The notes under the pieces: model-generated
Seen by the model: the letters and a program-made list of their open reading frames with translations, nothing else
Database searches by the model: none
Told to the model about the DNA's origin: nothing
Shown here: one piece after another, positions 19,237 through 30,489 of the stretch
Layout: the number at the start of each line of letters is the position of its first letter
Numbering within the stretch: the first letter of the stretch is position 1
Made by a program: the position numbers and the translations under genes
NCBI GenBank assembly: GCA_965140585.1
Contig: OZ223270.1
Location: 96,001-160,000 of the forward strand
DNA: 64,000 nucleotides
Direction of reading: 5' to 3'
DNA from: Spirochaetia bacterium
Lineage (GTDB): Bacteria; Spirochaetota; Spirochaetia; UBA9216

Positions 19237-20142
19237 TCATTTTACAGCCTCAACATATAATGCAACGTCATTCCATAACCTATCAAAAAAAGGATTTCTT
19301 CTAATGACAGGAGAAAGGCTTTGTCTTGGATTTACAAATAAAACTTTAGAAAATCCTACCTCAAGTAGAAATCTTCTAACTTTTTCATAGGTCCACCAAT
19401 TGATATGATTTTTTCTAAACTTACGGTGCTTTTCAATAGAACACCTTGAAGTACAAATATTCATTGCATTTTCAAACTCATTTCTTGCAAATATTTCATC
19501 AAATTCTGAATCAGATATCCTATTCTCAGATCCATCTAAATGTATTATTGAAGCATTTGCAGCAAAATGAGTAAGAAATAACTGTTGCAACGATACTTCT
19601 TTTAATGAAACTGAATATCCTAAAGTATTCCGGATCCAATCTCCTTCAAAAGCTTTTTCCCACCAAAAAAAATCTCGATCATTTCTTAAATAAGCTTCAT
19701 AATCTAATTGAGAATTAGGTGCTATAATTCGGAACAGGCCGTCCTTTTTAAGAATTCTTCTAACCTCTTTAAAAAGATTTAAAGCAGCTGGGTCAGGAAT
19801 GTGCTCTATTGCAAATCTACTATGCACAATCTCTGCAGTAGCTTTTTCCAAAGGCAACTCGTTTAAATCGAGAGGATCGTATGCAATATCCTTTGACGGA
19901 TCGAAATGTGGAAATATCTCATCTCCTAAATCGACATCTATATTAGTCCAACACGGATGGAAAAAATCACCTCCGAACCCAAAATGCCCTCCTGCCGAAA
20001 TATTATAAAAAGTTCTATTTTGAACACTTTCTTTTCCATAATGTTCAATATATTTATTAGTATCTTTAACATTTCTACCGCTTTTCACGATATCAAAACC
20101 TAATTCATTAATATATTTTTTAATAATTTTTCTCATTCTCAA
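19237..20142 (-). CDS. SAM-dependent methyltransferase-domain protein
   Basis: WTNIDV, LPL..AEIVHSRFAIEHI, EVRRILKKDG. Confidence 0.75.
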   Translation of the reverse strand: MRMRKIIKKYINELGFDIVKSGRNVKDTNKYIEHYGKESVQNRTFYNISAGGHFGFGGDFFHPCWTNIDVDLGDEIFPHFDPSKDIAYDPLDLNELPLEKATAEIVHSRFAIEHIPDPAALNLFKEVRRILKKDGLFRIIAPNSQLDYEAYLRNDRDFFWWEKAFEGDWIRNTLGYSVSLKEVSLQQLFLTHFAANASIIHLDGSENRISDSEFDEIFARNEFENAMNICTSRCSIEKHRKFRKNHINWWTYEKVRRFLLEVGFSKVLFVNPRQSLSPVIRRNPFFDRLWNDVALYVEAVK

Positions 20143-20186
20143 CCTTTTATTAAAAAGTACACATTTATTCTATACTGCTGAAAAAA

Positions 20187-23100
20187 TTAATAATATTTTC
20201 TAATTAAATCTGAAGTAAGATCAATAACATCAGATTTCAACATATCAAGATGACCCCCTGGAGAAATTTCAGTATTTAAAAATTTAGTATCTATATAATC
20301 TCCCCAGCCATAATATTTATCAAAATAATATCCTTTTGCAGAAATTGTATCATTTGCTTTAATAAGTAAACTTTTTCTATTGTAGATATCATGTCGTGTT
20401 TTAACATACATACTCACAGCTTTTGAATATACAATTAAACGTTTATCTAAAGCTAAGTTAATATTTTCTTCACTGCTTCTATCTTTGATTCTTTTAGAAA
20501 TAATTTTAGATATCGGCGAAAAGCCATTCTTCAAAATATCTATAAAATGAAACCATGTCCACTTTAATAGTTTTCTTTTCCTTGCATTTGGTAGTAATGA
20601 ATCTAACATAACCACTAAATTTATATCTACGCCATCTTTTGATAATAGTTTTGCAACCTCATAGGCTATTACCCCCCCAAAAGACACTCCTACTATTGAA
20701 ATTTTCTTTTGCTCACAATGTGACTTTATAATTTTTTTATAATTGTTTGCTAATCTTTCAACAGTCCATTTTTCATCATCAACAACACCATCTAACAAGA
20801 GCTCTTCTTCTTGAAGATATACGCCATAACATTTACCTAAATCTGTCAAGCGCTCCGCTAAATGTTTATAAATTTGAATACCAACGACAAAATAAATATA
20901 TTCATCAGAATTCGAGTTATTTAATTGGATTATTCCATTCTCATTCTTTGCTACATTTTTATTTTGATTAATTAGATTTATTTGATTGTCGAAAACTGGA
21001 GATATTAAAATATTCTTCAACTCCAAAGTAACAGCAAATTCCTTATTGATTTTTTTTAATAAACTACTAGAAGATAATGAATCTCCTCCTAATTCATAGA
21101 AATTCGAAGTATCGTTTATATCTGTGCATCCTAAGATATCAGTCCAAATTTGCTTTAACCTTGAAGTAATATCATTTGTATTATTTAACTCCGGCTCTGA
21201 ACTTGTAAGTATTTCATTAGTGCTTATTTCTGTCTGTATTTGATCTAATTTTTTATCTGAGTATATCCATAATTCCTTTTTTAGAAATGGGTATGTAGGG
21301 AGGTTAATTCGATTTGCGCATTTAATTGAATTCACAATATTTAGATCTATCGAACAACCTGATTTCCAAATATTACCAATAGATTTTATAAAAAATAATA
21401 AATCATCGTTACCCTCCATTTGTGAAGGTAGAGTTTGAATTATGTTTTTTGTTGAATCTTTCATTATAGTTCTTACAAAACGACTCAAAACCGAACCAGG
21501 ACCAACTTCAACAAAAACCAATTCCGCCAACCCGCTAAGTGAACTAATGCCTTTTTCAAATAGAATTGTACCTCGTAAGTGCTCCACCCAATACTCCGGA
21601 GTGTAAATATAGCCAGGAGTTAATTGTTCACCAGTAAGATTTGAAATAACTGTTTTCTGCAACTTATTGTAAGTTATTTTTGATGCTACAGTTTTAAATT
21701 CATCAAGTACCGTATCCATCATCACACTGTGAAAAGCTGAAGAAGTTCCCAGCAATTTCGAAGTTATTCCACTATGGTCTAGTAATTCCTGAATTTCTTC
21801 AATTGCCTGATGTGGACCAGATAAAACGACCTGCGTTGAAGAATTAATACCCGCTACATCTACTTTGCCAATCACTAAGTCTTTTATAGACTCATAATCG
21901 CTAAAAACAGCAAGCATTAGACCTTCGCCTGCACCTGCCATTATCCGTCCTCTTTCAATTACTAATTGAAGCCCTTCTTCAAGAGAAAATGCACCTGCGA
22001 TACAAGCTGCAGAGTATTCCCCCAAGCTATGCCCAATTAAATAATCAGGTATTAGACCATAGTCTATCAGAGTTTTCCCGATAGCCCATTCAACAGAAAA
22101 CAAAAGAGGCTGAGTGTATTCAGTATGATTTATTTCCAAACGATTGTTTAATATCATGTCTAAAGAGTGCCAGCCTGTAATCTTATTGATAATATTAATG
22201 CATCTTTCTAAATAATTTTTAAATATAACATTCTTTTGGTATAGGCCAGATGCCATACCAGAATACTGAGCCCCCTGTCCGGGAAACAGCATTACAATTT
22301 TTGGACTATCAAATGCCTTTATGCTTGAATAGATTTTACAAGAAGAAAAATCATCAGAAGTCATAATATTATTCTGAGGTAGTACAAAAAAACCTCTTAA
22401 AGGATATATGGGTCTATAATTAATAAGTGTATTTGCAGCTTTAACTCTATCAAAAACGTCTAAGCCCTCTATCGTGGAATACAAAACATCTAGATATTCT
22501 TTTTGTACATCACTATTTTTTGCTGAAACAGGAAAAATCAAATGTTCAGAACCATAGGATGGTGATTCAACAGTTTCAGAGTTATATGATTCCAAAATTA
22601 GATGTGCGTTTGTACCACCAATTCCAAAAGAACTTACTCCGGCTATCATTCTACCCTCAACAGGTTCCCATTCACGAAGTTCTGAATTAACTATAAAATG
22701 ACTTTCTTCAATCTTCATAGCTGGATTTGGTCTTATAAAATTAAGAGATGGAGGAATCTTTTTATTCAAAAGAGATAAAGCTGTTTTAATCACCCCGACA
22801 ACTCCGGAGGCTGCATCCAAATGCCCAATATTTGTTTTTACCGAGCCAAGATAACATTTAGACCCACTATCCTTTAGATCTCCGTATGCTTTTTTTAAAC
22901 CAGAAATTTCAATGGGATCTCCAAGAAGAGTCCCTGTGCCATGAGCTTCTACATAACTAATCTGCTCAGGTTTTACATCTGCAAGATTTAAAGCTTCCGT
23001 TATAACTTCTGATTGACCTTTAACACTTGGTGCAGTAAAACCTATTTTATCTGCTCCATCATTGTTTATAGCAACACCTCTAATAATAGCAATAACTGGG

Positions 23101-25721
23101 TCTTTGTCACGAACAGCGTCAGTTAGTCGTTTTAAAAGCACAACACCTACCCCGGAACCAAAAACTGTACCGCTCGCATCTGCATCAAAAGCACGACATT
23201 CACCTACAGGGCTTAATATCGAACCCTCATCATAAAGATATCCTTCCCTTACTGGTACATTAAGACTAACACCACCACACAGAGCCATATCACTTTGGTA
23301 ATTAAGAAGACTTTGATATCCCATCTGGATTGCAACCAGTGAAGTTGAACATGCTGTCTGAATAGTTACAGATGGACCTTTTAGATTTAATTTATATGAA
23401 ACACGTGAAGCAAGAAAATCGTTCTCATTACCAATCATAGTTTGAAAATCTGACCAGTCATCCTTTTCATTACTGCAAAGAATATTCTTTATTAAATATT
23501 TATTCTGGCCAGCTCCCGCAAAAACAGCAATTTTATTCTGATTTTCCATAAAATTAATCCCTGCCGATTCTATAGCCTTATAGCAGTGCTGAAGAAATAA
23601 CCGATGTTGAGGATCCATAAACTTAGCTTCATTCGGAGAATAACCAAAAAAATCATTATCAAAATATTTGGTTGAAGGTAGAATTCCAGATTTGTTAATA
23701 TAATTAGGTTTATCTATTATATTTGGAGACAATCCCTCAGAGAGTAGTTCATCCCTTGAATGCTCGGATATCCCACACTGACCCTCAGCAAGAAGGTTCC
23801 AAAATTCATTAACGTTTTCAGCACCAGGAACTGCACAAGACATGCCGATAATTGCAAGTGAAAAATCATCAGAATCTGATGTTAAAGGTTCTTCTAAATC
23901 AACAATCTTTTGCTCATTTGTAATCATACTTTCATTTTTTGTTAAAAAAAAGTATAATGAGTCTACGGTTGGATGCTCAAAAAAATCCAGAGCACTAATA
24001 TCTCTCCCTGTTCTGGATTTTAATTTTTGGAGCATATCAATAACAAGCATTGAATATCCACCCACATCAAAGAAATTATTTGTATCCGTAAAATCTGAAT
24101 GACCAAGAGCTTGCATCCATAGATTTCGTATATATGAGTAAAGTTCAGTTAAATCCAGTTTATCTTCAGATAATTCGGATTCATTTATCAAAAAACTTGG
24201 AAAGGAAGATCTGTCTATCTTATTATTAAGAGTCATCGGAAATTCTTTCATTTGTTTAAAAACTGAAGGAATCATATAATCAGGAAGGATCCTAGACAGT
24301 TTGCCCCTTAAATCGATAGCGTTTAGAGCTCCTATATTATCTTTTGCCAAGATAAAAGCTGCTAAAACAGTGTTACCATGACTGTCTTCTCGGGGAAGAA
24401 CTACAGCATCTCTTATTTCTTCAAGATTGTTTAAAGCCTGTTCTATTTCACCCGCTTCAATTCTGAAACCCCTGATTTTTATCTGATTATCTTTTCTTCC
24501 TGAAAAAGAAATATTGCCATCTTCCGTCTCAAAAACCCAGTCACCTGTATTATATAAACGTAAACCTGGAAAAGCTTCACAGAATCTGAACACAGAATCT
24601 GTAAGCTCTTTTTTGTTCCAGTAACCATCAGCAAGTCCATCGCCACTTATCCAAAGCACCCCAGGATCTCCAGGTTTGACAGGTATCATATTTTCATCAA
24701 GGATATGAAATCCAGTATTTGCTATTGGTAATCCGATGTATGGAGCTTTTTCAGGCTTCTTTGTTAATTTAAATACTGAGGACCAGATAGTAGTTTCAGT
24801 TGGTCCATACATGTTCCAAACAGCACAACCAGTTTCAAATAAACGTACAGATAGATCTAAAGGAAAAATATCCCCCCCACAAAGAATTTTGAATCTAGGT
24901 TTTCCACTAAAACCATAATCGCAAAGAATTTTCCAAAGCACAGGAGTGGCTTGCATCATAGTTATATCTGCTTCTTCGATAATTTGTATTAATTTTATCG
25001 GATTAAGAACTGTATCTCTAGTAACTATATGTACAGAGCCGCCACTAATTAGAGGTAAAAACAGTTCAAGCCCAGAAATATCAAATGAAATAGTAGTAAT
25101 TGCTAATAATGTATCGGATGATTCAAACCCAGGTTCTTTCTTCATCGAAAGCAAAAAATTTAGAAATGCTTTGTGCCTGACAACAACACCCTTAGGCTTC
25201 CCTGTCGAACCTGAAGTATATAGTATATAAGCAGGCTGCTCATCTGTCTGAATACAACTATGTTCAAAACAACATAAAGGTCTTGAGTCTGATGTAGATA
25301 TTTTATGAATTTTTTTATCTACATTGATTAATAGACCATCTTCTCTAAAATCATCAGTTATTAAAACACTAGCCCCTGAATCTTCAAGCATATATAAAAG
25401 TCTATCATCTGGAAAATAAGGATCAAGAGGGAGGTACGCCTTCCCCGCTTTTGCAGTACCAATCATTGCAGCAAGCATTAAATGTGATCGTTTAGTACAT
25501 ATTCCAACAAATGGATTAGCAGCATCACTGGATGAATATATCTGCTCGGCAAACCAATTTGATAATTCATCAAGCTCTTTATATGAATAATGTTTAGTTT
25601 GGAAAATTACAGCTGTTTTTTCGGGCTCAGATTTAAGATTTTTATAAAAAAGTTCAAGCCAACTAAAAGCCTGAGTTTCAAAATGTTCTTTATTTATCCA
25701 AGAAGATGATAATTTGCTCAT
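20187..25721 (-). CDS. Hybrid NRPS-PKS: A(Gly)-T-KS-AT-ACP-TE
   Basis: YTSGSTGKPKG; by-eye code DILQLGMIWK; T GGYS; KS TACSTS/HGTGT/NIGH; AT GHSLG and AFHS; ACP GGDS; TE GVSFG. Confidence 0.93.
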   Translation of the reverse strand: MSKLSSSWINKEHFETQAFSWLELFYKNLKSEPEKTAVIFQTKHYSYKELDELSNWFAEQIYSSSDAANPFVGICTKRSHLMLAAMIGTAKAGKAYLPLDPYFPDDRLLYMLEDSGASVLITDDFREDGLLINVDKKIHKISTSDSRPLCCFEHSCIQTDEQPAYILYTSGSTGKPKGVVVRHKAFLNFLLSMKKEPGFESSDTLLAITTISFDISGLELFLPLISGGSVHIVTRDTVLNPIKLIQIIEEADITMMQATPVLWKILCDYGFSGKPRFKILCGGDIFPLDLSVRLFETGCAVWNMYGPTETTIWSSVFKLTKKPEKAPYIGLPIANTGFHILDENMIPVKPGDPGVLWISGDGLADGYWNKKELTDSVFRFCEAFPGLRLYNTGDWVFETEDGNISFSGRKDNQIKIRGFRIEAGEIEQALNNLEEIRDAVVLPREDSHGNTVLAAFILAKDNIGALNAIDLRGKLSRILPDYMIPSVFKQMKEFPMTLNNKIDRSSFPSFLINESELSEDKLDLTELYSYIRNLWMQALGHSDFTDTNNFFDVGGYSMLVIDMLQKLKSRTGRDISALDFFEHPTVDSLYFFLTKNESMITNEQKIVDLEEPLTSDSDDFSLAIIGMSCAVPGAENVNEFWNLLAEGQCGISEHSRDELLSEGLSPNIIDKPNYINKSGILPSTKYFDNDFFGYSPNEAKFMDPQHRLFLQHCYKAIESAGINFMENQNKIAVFAGAGQNKYLIKNILCSNEKDDWSDFQTMIGNENDFLASRVSYKLNLKGPSVTIQTACSTSLVAIQMGYQSLLNYQSDMALCGGVSLNVPVREGYLYDEGSILSPVGECRAFDADASGTVFGSGVGVVLLKRLTDAVRDKDPVIAIIRGVAINNDGADKIGFTAPSVKGQSEVITEALNLADVKPEQISYVEAHGTGTLLGDPIEISGLKKAYGDLKDSGSKCYLGSVKTNIGHLDAASGVVGVIKTALSLLNKKIPPSLNFIRPNPAMKIEESHFIVNSELREWEPVEGRMIAGVSSFGIGGTNAHLILESYNSETVESPSYGSEHLIFPVSAKNSDVQKEYLDVLYSTIEGLDVFDRVKAANTLINYRPIYPLRGFFVLPQNNIMTSDDFSSCKIYSSIKAFDSPKIVMLFPGQGAQYSGMASGLYQKNVIFKNYLERCINIINKITGWHSLDMILNNRLEINHTEYTQPLLFSVEWAIGKTLIDYGLIPDYLIGHSLGEYSAACIAGAFSLEEGLQLVIERGRIMAGAGEGLMLAVFSDYESIKDLVIGKVDVAGINSSTQVVLSGPHQAIEEIQELLDHSGITSKLLGTSSAFHSVMMDTVLDEFKTVASKITYNKLQKTVISNLTGEQLTPGYIYTPEYWVEHLRGTILFEKGISSLSGLAELVFVEVGPGSVLSRFVRTIMKDSTKNIIQTLPSQMEGNDDLLFFIKSIGNIWKSGCSIDLNIVNSIKCANRINLPTYPFLKKELWIYSDKKLDQIQTEISTNEILTSSEPELNNTNDITSRLKQIWTDILGCTDINDTSNFYELGGDSLSSSSLLKKINKEFAVTLELKNILISPVFDNQINLINQNKNVAKNENGIIQLNNSNSDEYIYFVVGIQIYKHLAERLTDLGKCYGVYLQEEELLLDGVVDDEKWTVERLANNYKKIIKSHCEQKKISIVGVSFGGVIAYEVAKLLSKDGVDINLVVMLDSLLPNARKRKLLKWTWFHFIDILKNGFSPISKIISKRIKDRSSEENINLALDKRLIVYSKAVSMYVKTRHDIYNRKSLLIKANDTISAKGYYFDKYYGWGDYIDTKFLNTEISPGGHLDMLKSDVIDLTSDLIRKYY

Positions 25722-25745
25722 TTGATTCTATAAATATTATCCTTT

Positions 25746-25988
25746 TTACATTTGTTTTGAATTTACGTAGATCACAATTTTCTCTACAGATCCAAAGTTA
25801 TTTCTATTCATATCAGCCGGCTCTGTCTCTATACCGAATTTCCTCTTTAAAAAACCAGAGATCTCTACAAGACCGAATGAATCAATTATCCCCTGATCAA
25901 CAAGAGACTCGTTCATATCTATTTCATGTTCTTCAACCATAAAATTCTGACATATAAATTCAATCAAACTTTGTTTTATAGACATCAC
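25746..25988 (-). CDS. Stand-alone acyl/aminoacyl carrier protein
   Basis: GIIDSFGLVE Ppant motif, FGIE, NFGSV; 80 aa. Confidence 0.9.
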   Translation of the reverse strand: MMSIKQSLIEFICQNFMVEEHEIDMNESLVDQGIIDSFGLVEISGFLKRKFGIETEPADMNRNNFGSVEKIVIYVNSKQM

Positions 25989-27964
25989 TTCTCCTCGAGT
26001 ATATTAACTGTCTGATTTGAGTAATCAACAGCTTTATATTCAGGGTTTCTAATCTGACTCTCAATTATTTGTGAGGAAAGAAGAAAGGTAGCAAGCATGT
26101 TATCACGATAGCCTGAAGATTCAACACCTCGTCTTTCAACTTTAAAAATCAGTCTTTCCACCATCTTGGGATCAAAAATACCGTACTGTTTAACTATATC
26201 ATCATTCAAAAATTTTTGCACCATCTCCCCCCTTTTCCCGTCTTGAAAAAATGAAGATAAATCAGGAGCCATGTATGGACGCTTTGGCCTATTGATTATC
26301 GGATCAGGAATTACATCTTTAAAAGCTTCTTTTAAAAGATGCTTTGCCGAAAAATCGTTTAATTTTGATTCAGTAGGCACTGTCAAAAGCCAATCTACCA
26401 GATTATGATCTAAAAATGGAAAGCGACCTTCAATCCCATGCGACATTGCCATTCTATCACCCTGGGCTGATAGTAAATATCCAGAAAGAAGTGTTTTCAT
26501 TTCCCAATATTGATTTCTTCGATAAATATCCCATTTTTTTACATGTTTTGGAGTAAAAGCGTCAATTTCATCAGCAAATTTATCAAAATCAAAACTTATC
26601 CCCCAGTCTTTATTTAACATTTTCGACATGACCTGGTTATTGCTTATTCGCATAACAAGTCCACCCAACGGACTCTGAAAGCGTCCTAAAAAACCCTCAT
26701 AATACATTTTAAGAAAACCAACCTGCTCTTTATCTTTATAGTACTCCAGATGAGGGTTAAGCTGAAAAAGTATTTTAGTTATCTCATTATCACTGAGACC
26801 ATTTTTCCATAAAGATAATAATTTCAGTTCTTTATTAGTATCATAACCAAAAAGAATCTCATCTGCAGCCTCGCCAGTAAGTACAACTCTAACATCAGTT
26901 TCTCTAACTTTTTGAGATAATAAATACAACGGGACAGGCGCAGTTCTGAATACCGGACGTTCAAAATGCTTAGCGGCATCATAAAAATTACTTTCAAGTG
27001 CTTTCCCATCAATATTAACTGTATAGTGTTCAAATTCCAACGCATCAACCATGATTTTTTGATATTCTGATTCATCAAAGGAATGATCACTAAAAGTAAC
27101 AGAGAAACTCTTAAATGATTGTTTATTTATTTTTTTTGCAAGAAAGGAAGTGACTGAAGAATCTAATCCTCCGCTAAGATAGCATCCTACGGGGACATCA
27201 CTTCTTAGCCGCAACTTAACGGAATCCTCTAGTTTATCTCTAAGCATATCAGCCTGAGTTCTGAAATCAACACATTCCTCGTTGACTATATTTTCACCTA
27301 GTACATAATATCGTTGAGGATCGGAAGTCGTACCATCAACTTTAAATTGCTGATAACAACCTCCTTCTAGTGAGAAAATATTTCTAAAAACAGTAGTATC
27401 ACCAAGAGTATTCCAAATTAGACTATGTTCAAGTAGTTTTTCCGGATCCCAGAATCGCTGACGAGAGCCTATATGATCAAAAACCTTAAGCTCTGAAGAA
27501 AAATACCACCCACCGTCAGCTTTCATAAAATAAAGAGGCCGAATCCCATAACGATCCCTTACTGCAGTCAGAATTTTTTTTCTTTTATCATAATGAAGAA
27601 TACTAAATTGCCCATTCAATTTTTCGTACGCTTTATAATTCCAAAAATCTATAGCTTTTTGCAAAACTTCAGTATCACTTTTTGTTTCAAAAATAATACC
27701 TTCACCCTCAAGCTCCTTTCTTATTTCTATATAGTTGTATATTTCCCCGTTAAATACAATTGATGAGATTTCACTCATCATAGGCTGAGCTCCCATATTC
27801 AAATCAATAATTGAGAGACGCCTATGTCCTAATGCAACACCGGGAGCAGCATAACTACCCCAACTATCCGGACCACGATGCTCAAGGTATGTCGTTAAAC
27901 TTTCTATTTCTGACTTTAATTCTATAGCCGGCTTTGGCTTAAGTATTCCTGTAATCCCACACAA
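25985..27964 (-). CDS. asnB: Asparagine synthase (glutamine-hydrolysing)-family amidotransferase
   Basis: MCGI, HRGPD, RRLSIID, FNGEIYN, LSGGLDSS, GEAADE, GDRMAM, RFPFLD. Confidence 0.92.
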   Translation of the reverse strand: MCGITGILKPKPAIELKSEIESLTTYLEHRGPDSWGSYAAPGVALGHRRLSIIDLNMGAQPMMSEISSIVFNGEIYNYIEIRKELEGEGIIFETKSDTEVLQKAIDFWNYKAYEKLNGQFSILHYDKRKKILTAVRDRYGIRPLYFMKADGGWYFSSELKVFDHIGSRQRFWDPEKLLEHSLIWNTLGDTTVFRNIFSLEGGCYQQFKVDGTTSDPQRYYVLGENIVNEECVDFRTQADMLRDKLEDSVKLRLRSDVPVGCYLSGGLDSSVTSFLAKKINKQSFKSFSVTFSDHSFDESEYQKIMVDALEFEHYTVNIDGKALESNFYDAAKHFERPVFRTAPVPLYLLSQKVRETDVRVVLTGEAADEILFGYDTNKELKLLSLWKNGLSDNEITKILFQLNPHLEYYKDKEQVGFLKMYYEGFLGRFQSPLGGLVMRISNNQVMSKMLNKDWGISFDFDKFADEIDAFTPKHVKKWDIYRRNQYWEMKTLLSGYLLSAQGDRMAMSHGIEGRFPFLDHNLVDWLLTVPTESKLNDFSAKHLLKEAFKDVIPDPIINRPKRPYMAPDLSSFFQDGKRGEMVQKFLNDDIVKQYGIFDPKMVERLIFKVERRGVESSGYRDNMLATFLLSSQIIESQIRNPEYKAVDYSNQTVNILEEK

Positions 27965-27975
27965 AAGACTACTCC

Positions 27976-30489
27976 TTAATTTCTTCTTCGCTGACGATTT
28001 CTTTCAGCTGCACGCTTAATCAACTTTCGCTTATCATTTTCATTATTAATGGTTATAGTTTGCCCCTTAACTCCATCACCTAAAAGAAGTTCTTCTTGCA
28101 ATTGTACTGTAGGATAATTCAACAGATCAATAAGAGCAATTTCATGACTTGAGAGTTTATCAAGCTGTTTTTTCAAATCCGGAAGAAGCTGAGAATGGCC
28201 ACCTAAATCAAAAAAGCTAACATCAAATGGAATCTCATTAGTTTTTAACAACGAGGCCCAAATTAACTGAATTTCACCTATCATTCCCTCCGAAAAATTA
28301 CTATTTTTTGATTTCTTTAAGTCTATCTGTGGTTTAATTAACGATAAAGCTTTCCTGTCAATCTTACCACTAGCAAGCAGAGGAAACTCATTGATAATAA
28401 TCATGTTGCTTGGAATCATATAACCCGGCAATGTTTTTGAGAGTTCTTTCTTTATTTTTGTCACATCACTAACATTTTCAGTTTTTAGATATGCATTAAT
28501 AGTCAAATCACCCGAAGATTTGCCAGGAATCATCACTACTGCGGTTCTTACAGATTCGAGAGCTTCTAGTTGACGCTCTATTTCAGCTAATTCAATCCTA
28601 ATACCATTTATTTTCACCTGTGTATCCTTTCTACCATCATAGAAGATAACTCCCTCTGCTGAGTAAAATCCAAGATCTCCAGTTAGATAGATTCTCTCAA
28701 AACCAAATCCCCAATCTCCTTCGATGAAAACCCTTGAAGTAAGCTCAGAATCATTTAAATAACCTGAAGACACATTTATACCAGAAATAGCTATCTCGCC
28801 TTTCACATAAGGAAGACAAAGTTTTCTGTATTTATCCAGAATATATATTCTAGTGTTGGCAATCGGATAACCTATCGGAATTCTGTTTGCTTCAATATCT
28901 TTTTCATTACATGTCCAAGCAGTAACATCAATAGAAGCTTCAGTCGGTCCATATAGGTTATGGAGTTGTTTATTCCCTACTTTCTCAAAAAACTGCTTTA
29001 GAAGAGGAACTTCTAAAGCTTCTCCAGAACAAATGACAGCAGAAAGATCAGGAAATAATGTATTTGACACATTATTCAGAAACTTCTTTAGTAGCGAAGG
29101 TACAAAGTGTACATATTTTATTTTCCTGTGCCTTATTATTTCTGCCAAATATTCATCATCAAGATACTTAGCCGGTTCAGGAATAAATAAAGAAGCTCCA
29201 GTTAGAAATGGCCAGAATATTTCCCACATTGAAACATCAAATGTAAATGGAACTTTATGTAAAATAGTATCACCAGGTATAAGAGGATAAACTTCTTGCA
29301 TCCAGAAAATTCTATTTACAAGACCATTTCCGTTTATCTCAACCCCTTTTGGATTACCGGTTGATCCACTAGTATATAAAACCGCAAAGGGATCATGTGG
29401 TTGTTTTATTATGTCTACAAGATTTTCATTATCTTCGGTATTAAAGTAATCGATGAAAACTGTATCAAAAGCTTCAAACTCCACACCGCTATTGCGTTTC
29501 TCTATTACAGCCAGACTTGCTCCAGCATTTTTCAGGATAAAACATACCCTAGCAACCGGCCAGTTCGGATCAATAGGAATATAAATATTTCCAGTATTTA
29601 CTATAGAATGGATAAGGATAATACGCTCTATCGAATTATCAATACTTACTGCAATAAATTTACTTGTACCAACTCTGGATATTATAGCGGTAGAATATTT
29701 TTTAACAAGGTGATCAAACTGTTTATAAGAATAACTTCTAGTATTATCACTAATTGCAATGAGATCTGCATAATCAATTCTGGATTGCTCAAGAAGTCTC
29801 CGTAAAGCTATTTTTACAGGATAGTCTCTGATTTTATCGGAATAAAATCGCTTTATGTATTCATCAGACAGTAAGGTAATATTAGAAATATTCTCATCTG
29901 GGTTTTCAAGAATTTTTCCAAGAATTAATTCATAAGAGTCTTTCCATTGCGTTACCTGACTTTGACTGAAAGCATTACTATTAAATTCCCATCGATACCG
30001 ATACTTTCCCTTTTCTATCCAATATGTAAAAAAAAGGTCCATTTGTGCACCGTCTGGCCTGATATCTACCGATATACATTCCACATCTTTAAGATTAAGA
30101 TTGAAAGGATCTTCTTTAGTAAAACCTACCTGAATAAAAAACGGGATTCGAATATCTCTTTGCCCCTTATAGAGCTTTAAAATCTCTAGAAAGGGAGCAT
30201 CTTGATTACGATTAAGAAGAAGCATTTGTTTCCGAATTTTTATATAAAGAGATGCAAAAGTATCTGCATTTTCTATTTGAACTCGAAGAGGCAGAATATT
30301 AACAAAAGGACCATACATATATTCCCGTTCCGGGTCTTTACGGTTGGGAAACGGTATACCGATAAAAAAATCCTCTTGACCACATAACTTGGAAAGTAAT
30401 ACAGCATAACTCGTTAATAGAACAATAAATTCTTGAAACTGGAATTCATCCTCAACCAGCTTTAACTTAGATGCCACCCAATCAGGCAT
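27976..30489 (-). CDS. NRPS, C-terminal part: half C domain-A(Ser)-T
   Basis: GPFVNILPLR; YTSGSTGNPKG; by-eye code DVWHISLIDK; GGHS. Confidence 0.9.
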   Translation of the reverse strand: MPDWVASKLKLVEDEFQFQEFIVLLTSYAVLLSKLCGQEDFFIGIPFPNRKDPEREYMYGPFVNILPLRVQIENADTFASLYIKIRKQMLLLNRNQDAPFLEILKLYKGQRDIRIPFFIQVGFTKEDPFNLNLKDVECISVDIRPDGAQMDLFFTYWIEKGKYRYRWEFNSNAFSQSQVTQWKDSYELILGKILENPDENISNITLLSDEYIKRFYSDKIRDYPVKIALRRLLEQSRIDYADLIAISDNTRSYSYKQFDHLVKKYSTAIISRVGTSKFIAVSIDNSIERIILIHSIVNTGNIYIPIDPNWPVARVCFILKNAGASLAVIEKRNSGVEFEAFDTVFIDYFNTEDNENLVDIIKQPHDPFAVLYTSGSTGNPKGVEINGNGLVNRIFWMQEVYPLIPGDTILHKVPFTFDVSMWEIFWPFLTGASLFIPEPAKYLDDEYLAEIIRHRKIKYVHFVPSLLKKFLNNVSNTLFPDLSAVICSGEALEVPLLKQFFEKVGNKQLHNLYGPTEASIDVTAWTCNEKDIEANRIPIGYPIANTRIYILDKYRKLCLPYVKGEIAISGINVSSGYLNDSELTSRVFIEGDWGFGFERIYLTGDLGFYSAEGVIFYDGRKDTQVKINGIRIELAEIERQLEALESVRTAVVMIPGKSSGDLTINAYLKTENVSDVTKIKKELSKTLPGYMIPSNMIIINEFPLLASGKIDRKALSLIKPQIDLKKSKNSNFSEGMIGEIQLIWASLLKTNEIPFDVSFFDLGGHSQLLPDLKKQLDKLSSHEIALIDLLNYPTVQLQEELLLGDGVKGQTITINNENDKRKLIKRAAERNRQRRRN